This document shows, one piece after another, positions 28,755 to 38,642 of a DNA stretch of 56,043 nucleotides. A program made the translations under genes and the position numbers. The first letter of the stretch is position 1. The number at the start of each line of letters is the position of its first letter. Source of the stretch: a virus (taxonomy: Duplodnaviria > Caudoviricetes); IMG/VR virus record IMGVR_UViG_3300043395_001804, positions 1 through 56,043 of that record, one strand, 5' to 3'. Below the pieces are notes generated by a model that was not told the origin of the DNA, did not search any database, and was given only the letters and a program-made list of their open reading frames with translations.

Positions 28755-30694
28755 TAGCTTATTCTCCTAGTTACGTCACGTTTCACAATGAATTTGTCTG
28801 ACTCATGTAGCATGATTGTACGACCTGCTACGTTTACACCTTTCAGATCATAGTTGTAATTGTTGCCGGTGTCAATGAATTGGGTAACTGACTCGTCTAC
28901 TTGAATTGTTATGTTGCTACCACTAACAGTCAAGGATGCTAATAACGGGTCAGTAGCAGTCTTCTTATTAGCGATTATTAGACCACCATTCAAAGCAATA
29001 AGTAGATCGCTCTGAGATTCGTCATCGCTTTGACGTTTACGTAGACAGAACCAAATTTGGTTATACGGAGTAAGATCACCAAGATTCTGAATTTGGAATG
29101 ACCAGAACGTACCTCGGTATACTAACAGTTCATCTAGTGCAAATGCTGTGTTCTGTAGTACTGCGGGTACGGTTACTGTAGCGATTACAGTTCCACCACC
29201 ACCTGATGGAGCTAGACTAAGAGCATTTACAGTCCATCTTACTAATGATGTACCTGAACCAACTAGCATTGTAGCTAAGTCAGTAACGAGTTGGGCTAGT
29301 GCTACTGGCACTCTTGTTAGTAATGCTGAAAGACTAGTATTGGTGTCGTTGAGTGTCTTGCCGACTGTACCTGGGGTGACGTACCCTGTGTGAACTGTAC
29401 CTAGTAAGTCTGCTGAAATGGTGTCGTAAACTGTTGATTCAAACGATGCTGGATGAATCGAATTTGGTTGAGTTTCATGTACATCAGCAGCTATATGGTG
29501 AGCACCAGTAATTGCTACAGTACGTTGATTGTCATTACTGATAACCCAACGATCTCCAAATGAACCACTAGCCCAACCACCACCAGGCATCGAGTTCATT
29601 ACTAGGTTTCGAGTTGTATTGGGTAAAGTTCCCAATGTTGCTTCTTTAGCAAGAATCGTCGATGCTTCGATTTGAACAAGAGTCGGTTTCAGTGACAAGT
29701 CGGAGCTTATTTGAGCAAGTATAGTTGATTGATCGAAGTCAACTACTGCTCCTGCCCAGATAGCATATCGAGCTTCGGTACTGGTTGTTCCACTACATTC
29801 GATCCGCAGGCTTTCTCTGGGGTGGGAAGCTGTAACAGTATAGGTAAATCGGTATCGTCCAACACTGGGGTTGGTGACTGCTGATAAGTTTGTGGAACGG
29901 TCAGTACCCGTAGAATTCGTAGCTGTGACTGTAGGTGCTGCATCCAGATTAACCAACTTGCCTTCATCATCGTTGACAACAAGAGTGAACTCATAAACTG
30001 ATGATCCGATTTCTGGGGCTTCGAGGACTGCTGAGCCGAACACGTTGCATTTGGCTGATAGGTTGTTGAGTCCAGTGATTGCTCCGAGGATTGAGTTGGT
30101 ACTGGTTGCGATACTAGCATCAAGGAAGTTGAGTCTTGCATCGGTAGTAAGGAGTGGGTTGGTTGGGATAGCTGCGATTGAAGCATTTAAGTAGTTCAAT
30201 CGACTATCAGTTGTAAGGAGGGGGTTTGTTGGAATCGAGTTGACGCTTGTTTGTGTAGCTCTACTAGCAACTGTTGTTTCATTGGCAACTGATGCAGGGA
30301 ACGTAACAGCAGCAGAAGCATTAGCGGTTTGCCCTGCAATCTTAGTTACATTTGCATCGATGTTTCGATTTTCAATCGAGAACGTCCGAAGGATCGTTCG
30401 AGTCAGGTCTTTTCCGTCTACTGTACCTGCTGTGAAAACAATGTCGTAATCCTTGCCGACTTCATACACCGCATCGGAAGTATCGATAACAAGTTCGTGC
30501 AAGCCTGCTTTGGAGTCATAATCAACGGTTGGTTGCGTGATTCCTGTTACAGTGATTTCAGTCGCAGAATCTTTATAGACTGCAACTGTTGGGTTGATTG
30601 ATGGGGTTGTTGGCAAAAGTGCTTGACTGAACGTGTTGAACTTTACACGAACAGTCTGTCCTTTTTTGAAATCTCCAAGATATTTATCTGACAT
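28754..30694 (-). CDS. virion structural/fibre protein
   Basis: 646 aa, Thr/Ala/Ser-rich; tandem 22-aa repeat IPTNPLLTTDxRLNxLxASI. Confidence 0.55.
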   Translation of the reverse strand: MSDKYLGDFKKGQTVRVKFNTFSQALLPTTPSINPTVAVYKDSATEITVTGITQPTVDYDSKAGLHELVIDTSDAVYEVGKDYDIVFTAGTVDGKDLTRTILRTFSIENRNIDANVTKIAGQTANASAAVTFPASVANETTVASRATQTSVNSIPTNPLLTTDSRLNYLNASIAAIPTNPLLTTDARLNFLDASIATSTNSILGAITGLNNLSAKCNVFGSAVLEAPEIGSSVYEFTLVVNDDEGKLVNLDAAPTVTATNSTGTDRSTNLSAVTNPSVGRYRFTYTVTASHPRESLRIECSGTTSTEARYAIWAGAVVDFDQSTILAQISSDLSLKPTLVQIEASTILAKEATLGTLPNTTRNLVMNSMPGGGWASGSFGDRWVISNDNQRTVAITGAHHIAADVHETQPNSIHPASFESTVYDTISADLLGTVHTGYVTPGTVGKTLNDTNTSLSALLTRVPVALAQLVTDLATMLVGSGTSLVRWTVNALSLAPSGGGGTVIATVTVPAVLQNTAFALDELLVYRGTFWSFQIQNLGDLTPYNQIWFCLRKRQSDDESQSDLLIALNGGLIIANKKTATDPLLASLTVSGSNITIQVDESVTQFIDTGNNYNYDLKGVNVAGRTIMLHESDKFIVKRDVTRRIS

Positions 30695-30696
30695 AA

Positions 30697-31842
30697 TTAT
30701 CCTATCAAAATGTTATCGATTGGAGAGTAAGAACCACCACCACTCGTTACCCACGCTTCGGTTGTAGTTACTGAATTGGCTTTTCTGAAAACAAACTTGC
30801 CTAAGTCCCATCGTGCCAATGAGGAAATTATTATGTCGCCAGTTGTGTCTATGGCTAAAACAACATTAGGGGTTCCAGTACCCGTCAATTGCGAAATGGT
30901 TCCGGTGCCAATCATGCGAATCTCCCCGTTTCCGGTAAGAACCGGATTAGACGATTGATTGTACGCAAGGTTCCCACCTATGCAGAGAGCTTTCCCATTT
31001 ATGGTTTGTGTTACCGATCCTCCAGCCGTTAGCAAGTTCCCTGAACATACTAAATTTGATGAAAGAGTTAGGGTAAATGCCGATGCAAATAATATGTCCT
31101 TGAACTCAAGTGTACTTGTGTCAAATGTGCAATTACCGGCTATAGCTATTTGATGCGTTCCAGCAAAAGTTACCGTTCCACTTAAATAACGAATTGTCGC
31201 ATTAGAACCACCGACTCTTAGCAAGCAACCGGAAGCAAATGTGAAATTGCCGTCAAAGTCTATCGGGTTACGAATAGACCCAGCGGTGTGTGAAGCTGCT
31301 GTGAATGTCCCACCTGTAATTCTTAGCGTTGTCGTCCCTGACAAAGTACCACTGGTAAATGGTGTTGTGATACCACCAGAGCAAGTTAAAGTGTTTCCGT
31401 TTATTATTAGGTTACTCGTACCGCTTGCTCCGAGATTAAAAAGTCCACTAACAGTCCAATTGTCAGCAAGCGTATATGTGGTAGAAACATTTAAGTTAAA
31501 TGTATTCGGCCACGACCTTCCGTTGCTTGTCAAAGTCGAAGCACCATTGATCGTTAGGGCTCCTGTTCCACTAATGCCCATATTTGCAGAAAGTGTGACA
31601 TTGCCAGAAACCGTAATGGCGAATGTCATTGTGATCGTGTTTGAATAGCCTGTGAAATTGAGACTAAGTGCAACACGGTTTGAAGCATTGACCGTACAGT
31701 TAGGAGAGTTATTATCAAAAAATACTGCGTCGGCTGCGGTAGGTATGGTAGCACCACCAGCACCACCAGAAGTAGCTGACCAATTATTTGTGTTACCCCA
31801 GTTGTTGTCTACACCACCACTTATGAAGTATCTGTCTGCCAT
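30697..31842 (-). CDS. Gly/Thr/Asn-rich beta-helix-like virion protein
   Basis: NNWGNTNNWSATSGGAGGATIPTAADAVFFD N-terminus and repetitive beta-strands. Confidence 0.55.
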   Translation of the reverse strand: MADRYFISGGVDNNWGNTNNWSATSGGAGGATIPTAADAVFFDNNSPNCTVNASNRVALSLNFTGYSNTITMTFAITVSGNVTLSANMGISGTGALTINGASTLTSNGRSWPNTFNLNVSTTYTLADNWTVSGLFNLGASGTSNLIINGNTLTCSGGITTPFTSGTLSGTTTLRITGGTFTAASHTAGSIRNPIDFDGNFTFASGCLLRVGGSNATIRYLSGTVTFAGTHQIAIAGNCTFDTSTLEFKDILFASAFTLTLSSNLVCSGNLLTAGGSVTQTINGKALCIGGNLAYNQSSNPVLTGNGEIRMIGTGTISQLTGTGTPNVVLAIDTTGDIIISSLARWDLGKFVFRKANSVTTTEAWVTSGGGSYSPIDNILIG

Positions 31843-32345
31843 TACAGTACCGGCTCAGGGCCGACCCCATCGTAGTTTGTCCAGGCTTCTTTGTAGGCTT
31901 GGATTCGATCCCAAGCCTGTTCCTCTCGCAGTTCTTTTAAGTCTGCGAGCTTCATGTTTTTGATAGTAATATCAATTAGTTCTTTTGTTGTTTCGATACC
32001 AGCATCTTCTAGCATCGAAACATAGTGTATTCCAAGATCAGCAAGTTGTTGGCAAACTGGATTATTGAATCCTCGTAAGACAGTGTTTACTGGATCATCA
32101 CCAATTTCAAGCCCATCACCAGCAGCAAGATCAACTACCCATTGACATTTGTTTTGTGCTAGGTAGTTGAAGAAATTATCGACTTGATCCCACCCAATGA
32201 GTTTAGCGAGATCAATTGACTTCCACTTGCGAGTATCGGCTTTTTTGACTGTCTTTTGAGTCAAATCTTGCCACACCTTTTCTGGGGTGGAAGTTCGCCA
32301 ATCTGGAATAGATTGGATTAGTTGATTAAGCACTTGCTGACTCAT
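31842..32345 (-). CDS. hypothetical protein (start probably ATG 32345)
   Basis: AGGA RBS upstream; start overlaps upstream stop. Confidence 0.55.
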   Translation of the reverse strand: MSQQVLNQLIQSIPDWRTSTPEKVWQDLTQKTVKKADTRKWKSIDLAKLIGWDQVDNFFNYLAQNKCQWVVDLAAGDGLEIGDDPVNTVLRGFNNPVCQQLADLGIHYVSMLEDAGIETTKELIDITIKNMKLADLKELREEQAWDRIQAYKEAWTNYDGVGPEPVL

Positions 32346-32500
32346 TACCACCATCCTTTGGTCAAAGTGCGAATTGCTTCGACGATGACTTCGCACAAGT
32401 AAACGATAATTGCAAAAAAGACTACAGCAAGAAATAATACTGGAAAAAAGAATATGGCAATAAGCCATACCCAAGCTCCACCAGTTGTATCAGGTTTCAT
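32345..32500 (-). CDS. small membrane protein
   Basis: Long hydrophobic segment WVWLIAIFFFPVLFLAVVFFAIIVYL. Confidence 0.45.
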   Translation of the reverse strand: MKPDTTGGAWVWLIAIFFFPVLFLAVVFFAIIVYLCEVIVEAIRTLTKGWW

Positions 32501-32510
32501 GCTATACGCC

Positions 32511-32819
32511 TTATCTGTGAAGTTCGATACCACCACGACGAGCACGCATTCGATTGGCTTTTCGATCTTTGAAGAACTTGATAAGGGTTAGAATCAAGTT
32601 GACAATCGTTAAGATCGTCATTGGATCGATTCCAGCTAGTTCTTTGTCGTTTTCAATTTCGCTACGAAGTTCAGCTATTTGAACTTCGCGTTCTGCCTTG
32701 GTCTTACCAGTTACTCGGCTAGAGTACTTGTTGACCAATTTGATAACAAGTCTCTGATCGCGTACCTTGAGACTTGTTGGAACGTCTTGGAGAAGGGTAT
32801 CTTCGGCATCGCTATTCAT
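32511..32819 (-). CDS. hypothetical protein with C-terminal amphipathic helix
   Basis: IDPMTILTIVNLILTLIKFF segment; lysis-cassette position. Confidence 0.5.
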   Translation of the reverse strand: MNSDAEDTLLQDVPTSLKVRDQRLVIKLVNKYSSRVTGKTKAEREVQIAELRSEIENDKELAGIDPMTILTIVNLILTLIKFFKDRKANRMRARRGGIELHR

Positions 32820-33234
32820 GTTTATGGCCTCTGCTGATTGAATCGATTTTGCTGTCTTGAAGCTTCATGTGCGTATCTAGGTTTTCAACCTTGTCGTCAA
32901 GGTTATCCACTTTTTTTTCGATTGTGTCAAGTCTTTGAGTGTTGATTATCTGTGTGGCAGACATTTGGGTTAGAGACTTGGCTACCTCAGTCATTGTTTC
33001 TCCCATTGCACCTAAAGTTTTGTCTACTTTGTCTAAGTGGGATTCCATGACTTTCATTCCTCTATCTCTGAATGGAATGACTACTTCTTTCCCAATCCAA
33101 GAACTCAATTTCCATACACCCATTGCGATAACGAAGACTATCAGGAGTAGTACGCCTGTTATGGTGTACTTGTCTTCGATAAGGAACCTATGGGCTTGGT
33201 CTGCTATCTCGGTTTGGGAAAGCAAGTAAATCAT
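32812..33234 (-). CDS. holin-like or spanin-like membrane protein
   Basis: One N-terminal TM helix plus coiled coil; next to peptidase gene. Confidence 0.45.
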   Translation of the reverse strand: MIYLLSQTEIADQAHRFLIEDKYTITGVLLLIVFVIAMGVWKLSSWIGKEVVIPFRDRGMKVMESHLDKVDKTLGAMGETMTEVAKSLTQMSATQIINTQRLDTIEKKVDNLDDKVENLDTHMKLQDSKIDSISRGHKHE

Positions 33235-33250
33235 TTAATAACTTTCTAGG

Positions 33251-34291
33251 TTATAGAAGGGGTACGGAATCGGGCAAGTCAATTTCGCCTATTGCTTGAA
33301 CTGTTACCAGCTTACGTGAGTACCATTTTGATACTTCTTCAACTGGTATGTTATAGATGATGTTTGGCCCCCAAGACTCGTTTGAGAGTCTTATGTAGAC
33401 CTTACCATCTGATGCAGTAAAGTAACCTTGGAAACTCATGTTGTGTCCCCATGAGTCTCTTGGGTTCTGAGCGTGAATTGGGAAACCGTCTTTGTGCTCT
33501 CCGATCTTGTAGATAGCGATACCAGAGCAAACTGACATTGGTTTGAATTGCTTATGCAATGCAAGGTGCGTATCAATGTCGGTTACTTTAGGAGACTCTA
33601 GCAATCTAAAGTCGGTGAATGGAAGAAGAGTATCTAAGAATTCCCAGTTCTGGAATCTTCGGTACACAGAGTTGTCTTGAGGTTCTGGGAAGTCCTTATC
33701 TCCAACAACATTGAGCTTGGTAAGAATCTCCAAGAGTTTTCCGTTATTGCACAGGATTACTCCGTCCTTGATAAGTGACTCGTACTGGACTTCGCACCAA
33801 GAACCGTCACTACCTTTAAGCTTTCCTCTACGACGACCACAACCATAGCTGAATGGTGCATAGAAAGATAAGTTGTTAGTACTGAATTCGTTACGTCCTA
33901 GTAACTCTTCAGCGTCTCCTTTGACAACTACTTCGTAGAGTGCTCTACGTGTCCAAGGTCGGAATGTATTTGATATGACGCAAGATCCGGTCTTTTGAGG
34001 TAGCCATGCCAAACGTCTTCCGTAGATCATTTCATCGATAAGCGTTAGATCGTATGAGTCAGCAGCGTAACCTTTGGAGTCATGCAGCTTACGAAGACGA
34101 TCCATCATAGGATTGTTGACTTCAACCGAATCTCTAGCTCGATATGCTACGGGCATATCTGAGGCTAACTTATCGAATAGACGGGATTCGTGATCGTGAC
34201 GTTTATCGATTGGGGTAGTGTCGTCGTCACCCCAACCCATAGGCCCACGTACTAAATGAATATCTGAATCTGGAACTGATTGATTAGTCAT
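33251..34291 (-). CDS. papain-like (clan CA) cysteine peptidase, candidate lysin
   Basis: QKTGSCV (oxyanion Q, catalytic C), WGHNM (His), NESWG (Asn). Confidence 0.65.
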   Translation of the reverse strand: MTNQSVPDSDIHLVRGPMGWGDDDTTPIDKRHDHESRLFDKLASDMPVAYRARDSVEVNNPMMDRLRKLHDSKGYAADSYDLTLIDEMIYGRRLAWLPQKTGSCVISNTFRPWTRRALYEVVVKGDAEELLGRNEFSTNNLSFYAPFSYGCGRRRGKLKGSDGSWCEVQYESLIKDGVILCNNGKLLEILTKLNVVGDKDFPEPQDNSVYRRFQNWEFLDTLLPFTDFRLLESPKVTDIDTHLALHKQFKPMSVCSGIAIYKIGEHKDGFPIHAQNPRDSWGHNMSFQGYFTASDGKVYIRLSNESWGPNIIYNIPVEEVSKWYSRKLVTVQAIGEIDLPDSVPLL

Positions 34292-34293
34292 GT

Positions 34294-35037
34294 TTAGTTC
34301 TCCAAGCCTGTTGCTATTGCAGAGAGATACAGAGCGTAGTCCATCCTAGATAACGGCCATCTTGAACGTAGGTCTGCATTTAGATTCTCAAACAACGTGG
34401 AGTACTTCGGACTGTCTGAACCAAGTAGCTTGGCTTTCGAATCCGTAATCAGCGTGGTAGCGTCATTGATAGTAGCAATTGGAGAATCTGTCAACAATTT
34501 TGAGGCTTGTCGGTATAAGGCTCCTAGCTCTTTTCTCTTTTCCAGTGATTTTGACCAGTCCTTAGTGCGTTTTCCGATGTTGTTGAATTGGTCATCTGGA
34601 ACGGTATTTGGGCTAGGTGACGGGTCTGGAGTCGGAGTAGGATCGGGAGGAACTACGTCACCAAGATCGACTACTAGGTTCTTTTCTTCAATGCCACGTT
34701 CTGGATCGAATGCAGTTACATCTACAGCGTATTTACCACTACCTAGAAGAATGTATTCGGTTTCGGATAGCTTAACCACTATCGTAGATTCGAAGAGGTT
34801 CTGTCTAGCTCGTACTCTTACGAACTTGTAATCAGTTGTAACAGTTAGAAACGCTGCCGGTTGGAATGCTGGCTTGCTACCTTCGTTGTCGAATACAACA
34901 AAGCTTTGGATGACTTTCGGATTCTTTACTCCAGAAAGTACTTGTGTCTTAGTTACTGCAACTTCTAATTCTGCAATAGCTAATTTATTCAGCATTGCAG
35001 ACATTAGGAATGGGATCAAAAGTAGTCGATAGAACAT
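34294..35037 (-). CDS. exported protein with Pro-rich linker (start ATG 35037)
   Basis: N-terminal hydrophobic signal; PPDPTPTPDPSPSP linker. Confidence 0.55.
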   Translation of the reverse strand: MFYRLLLIPFLMSAMLNKLAIAELEVAVTKTQVLSGVKNPKVIQSFVVFDNEGSKPAFQPAAFLTVTTDYKFVRVRARQNLFESTIVVKLSETEYILLGSGKYAVDVTAFDPERGIEEKNLVVDLGDVVPPDPTPTPDPSPSPNTVPDDQFNNIGKRTKDWSKSLEKRKELGALYRQASKLLTDSPIATINDATTLITDSKAKLLGSDSPKYSTLFENLNADLRSRWPLSRMDYALYLSAIATGLEN

Positions 35038-35047
35038 TAGTTCGCTC

Positions 35048-36692
35048 CTAGAGAAAGAAACCGGAATCGTTGAAAGACTTTGGATAGCCAAGGTTCATCT
35101 GTAGCAGTTGAGGTACGTAGGCATTTAGTGAGTCTGCCGATACGGAATTCGCCTGAAACATAGGATCGTAACCTTGACCTTCCCAGGTAACATCATTGCA
35201 AGCATCGGAAAGTGTGTCAACAATATCATCTGTCATACCTGGATGTCCAGTCCAGGTAAATACTTCGTCCATGCACTCTTTGAGCCATGCTGCTTCTTCA
35301 GGTAAGTAAATGCGATTGTTACGCATTCGAAGTTGAGCATTCAAAGAATTTTGGATTTTATCTTTAGCTTTCGGGTTGGGTACTACGTTAAGACCGTAGT
35401 TAGCTGCTAACTGGGCAGGGCCGATACCTAGACCGTTAGTCTCCATTTTGACGTATTGAGGTTTCCATACTTTATAGATATCGCATAGAACCTTAACGCA
35501 TTCTGGAATTTCAGCACGCATACGCTTCATGTAGAGCCATAGTAGCTTGTAGTCATGAGTAAGACCCCAAACAGAATAGACTGTATGGGACATACCGTTA
35601 CGTGTTGTAGACTGATCGATGATGCCTTCTTTGACTGTTGCAGCAGAGTCAGCAGTCATGAAGACTTTCTTCAAGTCTTTGTAGTGAATACCTATTTCGT
35701 TGATAACGAAGTACTCGCCTTTGGATTTATAGAATCTAACGTCTTGGACTCTGAAGCGTGAATCAGGAGAAGCGTCCCAATCGCCATGCTCTAATTGAAG
35801 CTTACGTACTTCATCTAGTTCTTGGAGAGATTGACGATACGATCTTTGATCGATGTATTCGTTATCTCGTAAAGAAGACGGTACGAATGGTTTGTTAGGA
35901 TTACGACCTACCCAACGAATACGCTTAGAAACAGCCTTAGTTTCGTGGTCTACTACATCGTAAAGTTCTTTCTCAATTTGGTATCTATTCTTTATCCAGA
36001 GGTGTCCTGGGCCGCCTGGGTTACACGACATTCGAAAGCGAATAGGAATAGACTTATACATTTGACAGATGCTACAGTTATCCATGTAGTTTGGAACCAT
36101 TTCACCGCTTTTAGGATCTTTCTTTAGCTTGTGCTTTGGACAGACCTTTTTACGAAGACGGGAAAAGAGATATCTAGGAGCTTGGTCGTTTTCAAAGTGT
36201 CCAGCTTCGTCGATTGCAGCAAATTGGAATTCTGCCCCTTGGTAGCGTTCTTCAACTCGGTAATCACCAAGATAGCCGAACTGAAGCTTCGCGTAAGGGC
36301 CAGGAGTTCCATCAGGCCAAGTCGTATCGAAGTAGTACGTATGTTCGTCTGGTGAGTAATGGGCGGTTTTAACGCCACGTAGCCACTGAGAAGCACGATC
36401 CAATAGAGCTTCGTTCTGCTTCAACTCTACGAGAGTTCGACGAAGGATTAGAGCAGAGTACCCAGGGGTATCTGCAAACTGCAATGCTGCCATTAGGAGA
36501 ACGTCTGATTTGCCTTTTGCCCCCTACAACCCAACCCTCTTTCTGGAAGAGAGAAGAGAAAACGTAGGGGGCTTAAACGCCTCCCCCTGCTGCCCCGCCA
36601 AACAATGCGTCTAGGTGGGGAAGCAGGAGGAACTGTAACTGAGTGGCGAATGGCTTGTGCGGAATATACTGGGAGCACCAGGGGATACGCAT
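35048..36692 (-). CDS. terL: terminase large subunit, interrupted in Walker A by a 67-nt insert (36512-36578)
   Basis: ATG 36692 gives MRIPW...DALFGGAAGGG then GTT TAA; another frame resumes GKSDVLLMAALQ...IDEA (Walker B), SCNPGG, nuclease TADSA, ETNG, TDDIVD. Confidence 0.9.
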
Positions 36693-36719
36693 GAATACCT
36701 CTATGCAATGCTGAATTTA

Positions 36720-37193
36720 TTAAGCGAAGTGAAGTCTACAAGCTTCACAGATTAGTACTGAGTCTGCGGTGATAGGACTTAGATTAGGTGCTCTAGTGAG
36801 CCTAGAGGCTAGTACGAGCATCTTGTCTTTGTCACTACCTGGGGCGTTTACTAACTTCTTCCATTGAACAGGAGTTGGATACCAGAAAGACGTTACACCT
36901 TTGGCATGTAACATGCCTTTGATAAGTCCGAACTGTTCATGAAGACTTGCTATGGCTTTAGTGCCTTTGCTGAACATCATTGGGCGTTCAATGGTGATGA
37001 AGCACTCGGACTTACTACATAGATCAGATAGTAGATTGAACATTTCTGGTTCTAAGATAGTTCGTTGCCGAGTTTCGTCACCATGACGTTTATGAAACGG
37101 ATAGATAGCCCAGTAAGGCTTCGATCCTGGTAACTTTGATTGGACGGTTAATGCACCTTTTTGGCCTAAGTCGATACCGATGTAGCGAATCAT
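36720..37193 (-). CDS. RuvC-like Holliday junction resolvase
   Basis: IGIDLGQKG, TIERP, PVQWKK, ADSVLI. Confidence 0.75.
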   Translation of the reverse strand: MIRYIGIDLGQKGALTVQSKLPGSKPYWAIYPFHKRHGDETRQRTILEPEMFNLLSDLCSKSECFITIERPMMFSKGTKAIASLHEQFGLIKGMLHAKGVTSFWYPTPVQWKKLVNAPGSDKDKMLVLASRLTRAPNLSPITADSVLICEACRLHFA

Positions 37194-37387
37194 GGAAATT
37201 TGATTCCGTACTTCTCAAACGTGGATTTGTGTCTACGTACTAAGTAGTTTTGGTAGTACCCGTCAAACCATGCTTTGCGTTCATCGGGTCTTTTGTCGTA
37301 ACGATCTGGACATTTTGATGATTTGCCTTGTTCTTCGGCTTTCTTACCGGCTTCAAAGGCTTTTTTGACTTCTTCTGGCTTAGACAT
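37190..37387 (-). CDS. Rmf/CrpP-fold small protein (ribosome modulation factor-like); start ATG 37387
   Basis: AFEAGKKA...G....CP..Y......RKAWFDGY pattern. Confidence 0.5.
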   Translation of the reverse strand: MSKPEEVKKAFEAGKKAEEQGKSSKCPDRYDKRPDERKAWFDGYYQNYLVRRHKSTFEKYGIKFP

Positions 37388-37392
37388 TGAAG

Positions 37393-37692
37393 CTAGTCCG
37401 GTTTGTGGATCATGGCATCGTAGCAATCTCCTACTAACTTGGTGAGATACAGAGCGTTATCGATCTCACTTTGAGCTAGTTGGGACTTACGAGCCATGAT
37501 TGACACGTTACCGTGGTTATCAAGTATCTTTGTCATGAAAACTGAGAAGGCTTGTAGCTGCATCTTTTGTTTCATAGTAGTTACTTCAGATGCAAATGCT
37601 GTTGAATCCAGTTCTGGTCTGGAATCAAGCTCTGAGTCACCGAGCATATCGGCTACTGACTTGATATCACGGTTTTTTGGTTTCTGAGTCAT
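37393..37692 (-). CDS. hypothetical protein
   Basis: Packed ORF in terminase operon. Confidence 0.5.
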   Translation of the reverse strand: MTQKPKNRDIKSVADMLGDSELDSRPELDSTAFASEVTTMKQKMQLQAFSVFMTKILDNHGNVSIMARKSQLAQSEIDNALYLTKLVGDCYDAMIHKPD

Positions 37693-38344
37693 TGAAGTTC
37701 CTTTGCAATTGGAGTATTTGGTCTAGTTCCATAGTCTTTTGGGCTAGTGGCCCAGGTAAAGCTGGTGCAGTATGAGTAATACCATGCTTTTCAAGTAAGT
37801 CAACTGGCTTTTCTTGCCTATCAACCTTAACTGTGAGTAAATCATTGTCGATAATCTCGTTCAAGTCACAGCCTTGTTCGCGTAGTCTACGCAATGCAGT
37901 CATGAAGTCAGCAGTAACATCGAGTGTTTCTTTAGCTACTTTGTTGCCTTCAGACGACTCTTCGCTCCAATCGTCACCTAGCATCCTAGCAGGCCCACGA
38001 GTTAGGAAGAACTTAGGGTCTACTTGAGCTACTTTAGATTCAGCTAATCCTTTAGCTACTGCCCAACCCTTAGCTAAGTGTTTCCATAGTCTAACTTCAG
38101 GCATGTATGGTGCATCTTCTTCATGCTCCTTACCTCTTTTCACCCAGTTAATGAACCGTTGAGCAGGGATACCTAGTGCAGATGCAATGGCCGACATAGA
38201 GAAGCCTACGGATGCCATTTCTTCAGACTTCTGCATCGCTATGAAGTCTGCCAAAAATAACTCTACTTCAGTTAAATCTTTAGTAGTAGCAGGTAAATTT
38301 TCATCAATAACTAAGTCTGGTTTTTTCGACCGTTTTCTTGTCAT
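37667..38344 (-). CDS. putative terminase small subunit (HTH)
   Basis: GFSMSAIASALGIPAQRFINWVKRG helix-turn-helix; first gene of the packaging operon. Confidence 0.55.
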   Translation of the reverse strand: MTRKRSKKPDLVIDENLPATTKDLTEVELFLADFIAMQKSEEMASVGFSMSAIASALGIPAQRFINWVKRGKEHEEDAPYMPEVRLWKHLAKGWAVAKGLAESKVAQVDPKFFLTRGPARMLGDDWSEESSEGNKVAKETLDVTADFMTALRRLREQGCDLNEIIDNDLLTVKVDRQEKPVDLLEKHGITHTAPALPGPLAQKTMELDQILQLQRNFNDSETKKP

Positions 38345-38411
38345 TTTGAGGCTAATAAATTCCGCATTGCATAGCGGGCTACGGGTACTGAAAAAATTTT
38401 TCGGACGGCCC

Positions 38412-38439
38412 TTGCGACCGTTTAGTAACTAGCTATACT
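38412..38439 (+). promoter_or_regulatory. possible sigma70 promoter
   Basis: TTGCGA-N16-TATACT. Confidence 0.4.
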
Positions 38440-38524
38440 TAGTACTACAATGGGTAAGGAAAGGTACTATTTACTTACTTACTAATAACTTATTTATTTT
38501 TATAAAAAGTTACTAAAGCAGTAC

Positions 38525-38554
38525 TTGACAGCTACATACCGCATCTACTATACT
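38525..38554 (+). promoter_or_regulatory. sigma70 promoter of rightward operon, immediately followed by a 19-bp box
   Basis: TTGACA-N18-TATACT; box at 38557-38575 covers the predicted start site. Confidence 0.7.
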
Positions 38555-38642
38555 GGATGCAATGCAGAATTTATAGCGTACTCCGACCGAGTACTCCAAA
38601 ATAGTTATGGAAAACCATCTACCTTTCACTAAGGATTAGAAG

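Noticed and set aside
30110-30240. 66-bp tandem duplication in the fibre gene as a DGR template/variable repeat
   Set aside because: In-frame protein repeat with mostly synonymous differences; no reverse transcriptase in the window
36543-36578. Spliceosomal-looking intron in terL (GT...polypyrimidine-CAG)
   Set aside because: Removing these 36 nt leaves the wrong frame (KEGWVVGGKRQ...) and does not restore GKS; a bacterial host has no spliceosome
36512-36578. Group I/II intron or intein in terL
   Set aside because: 67 nt is far too short for a ribozyme core, no excision register gives a 5' exon ending in U, and the insert has stops and changes frame so it cannot be an intein
36493-36708. 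71-aa ORF MHRGIHAY... from the ORF track
   Set aside because: Third-frame shadow over the true terL N-terminus; its start lies inside the 19-bp box with no RBS
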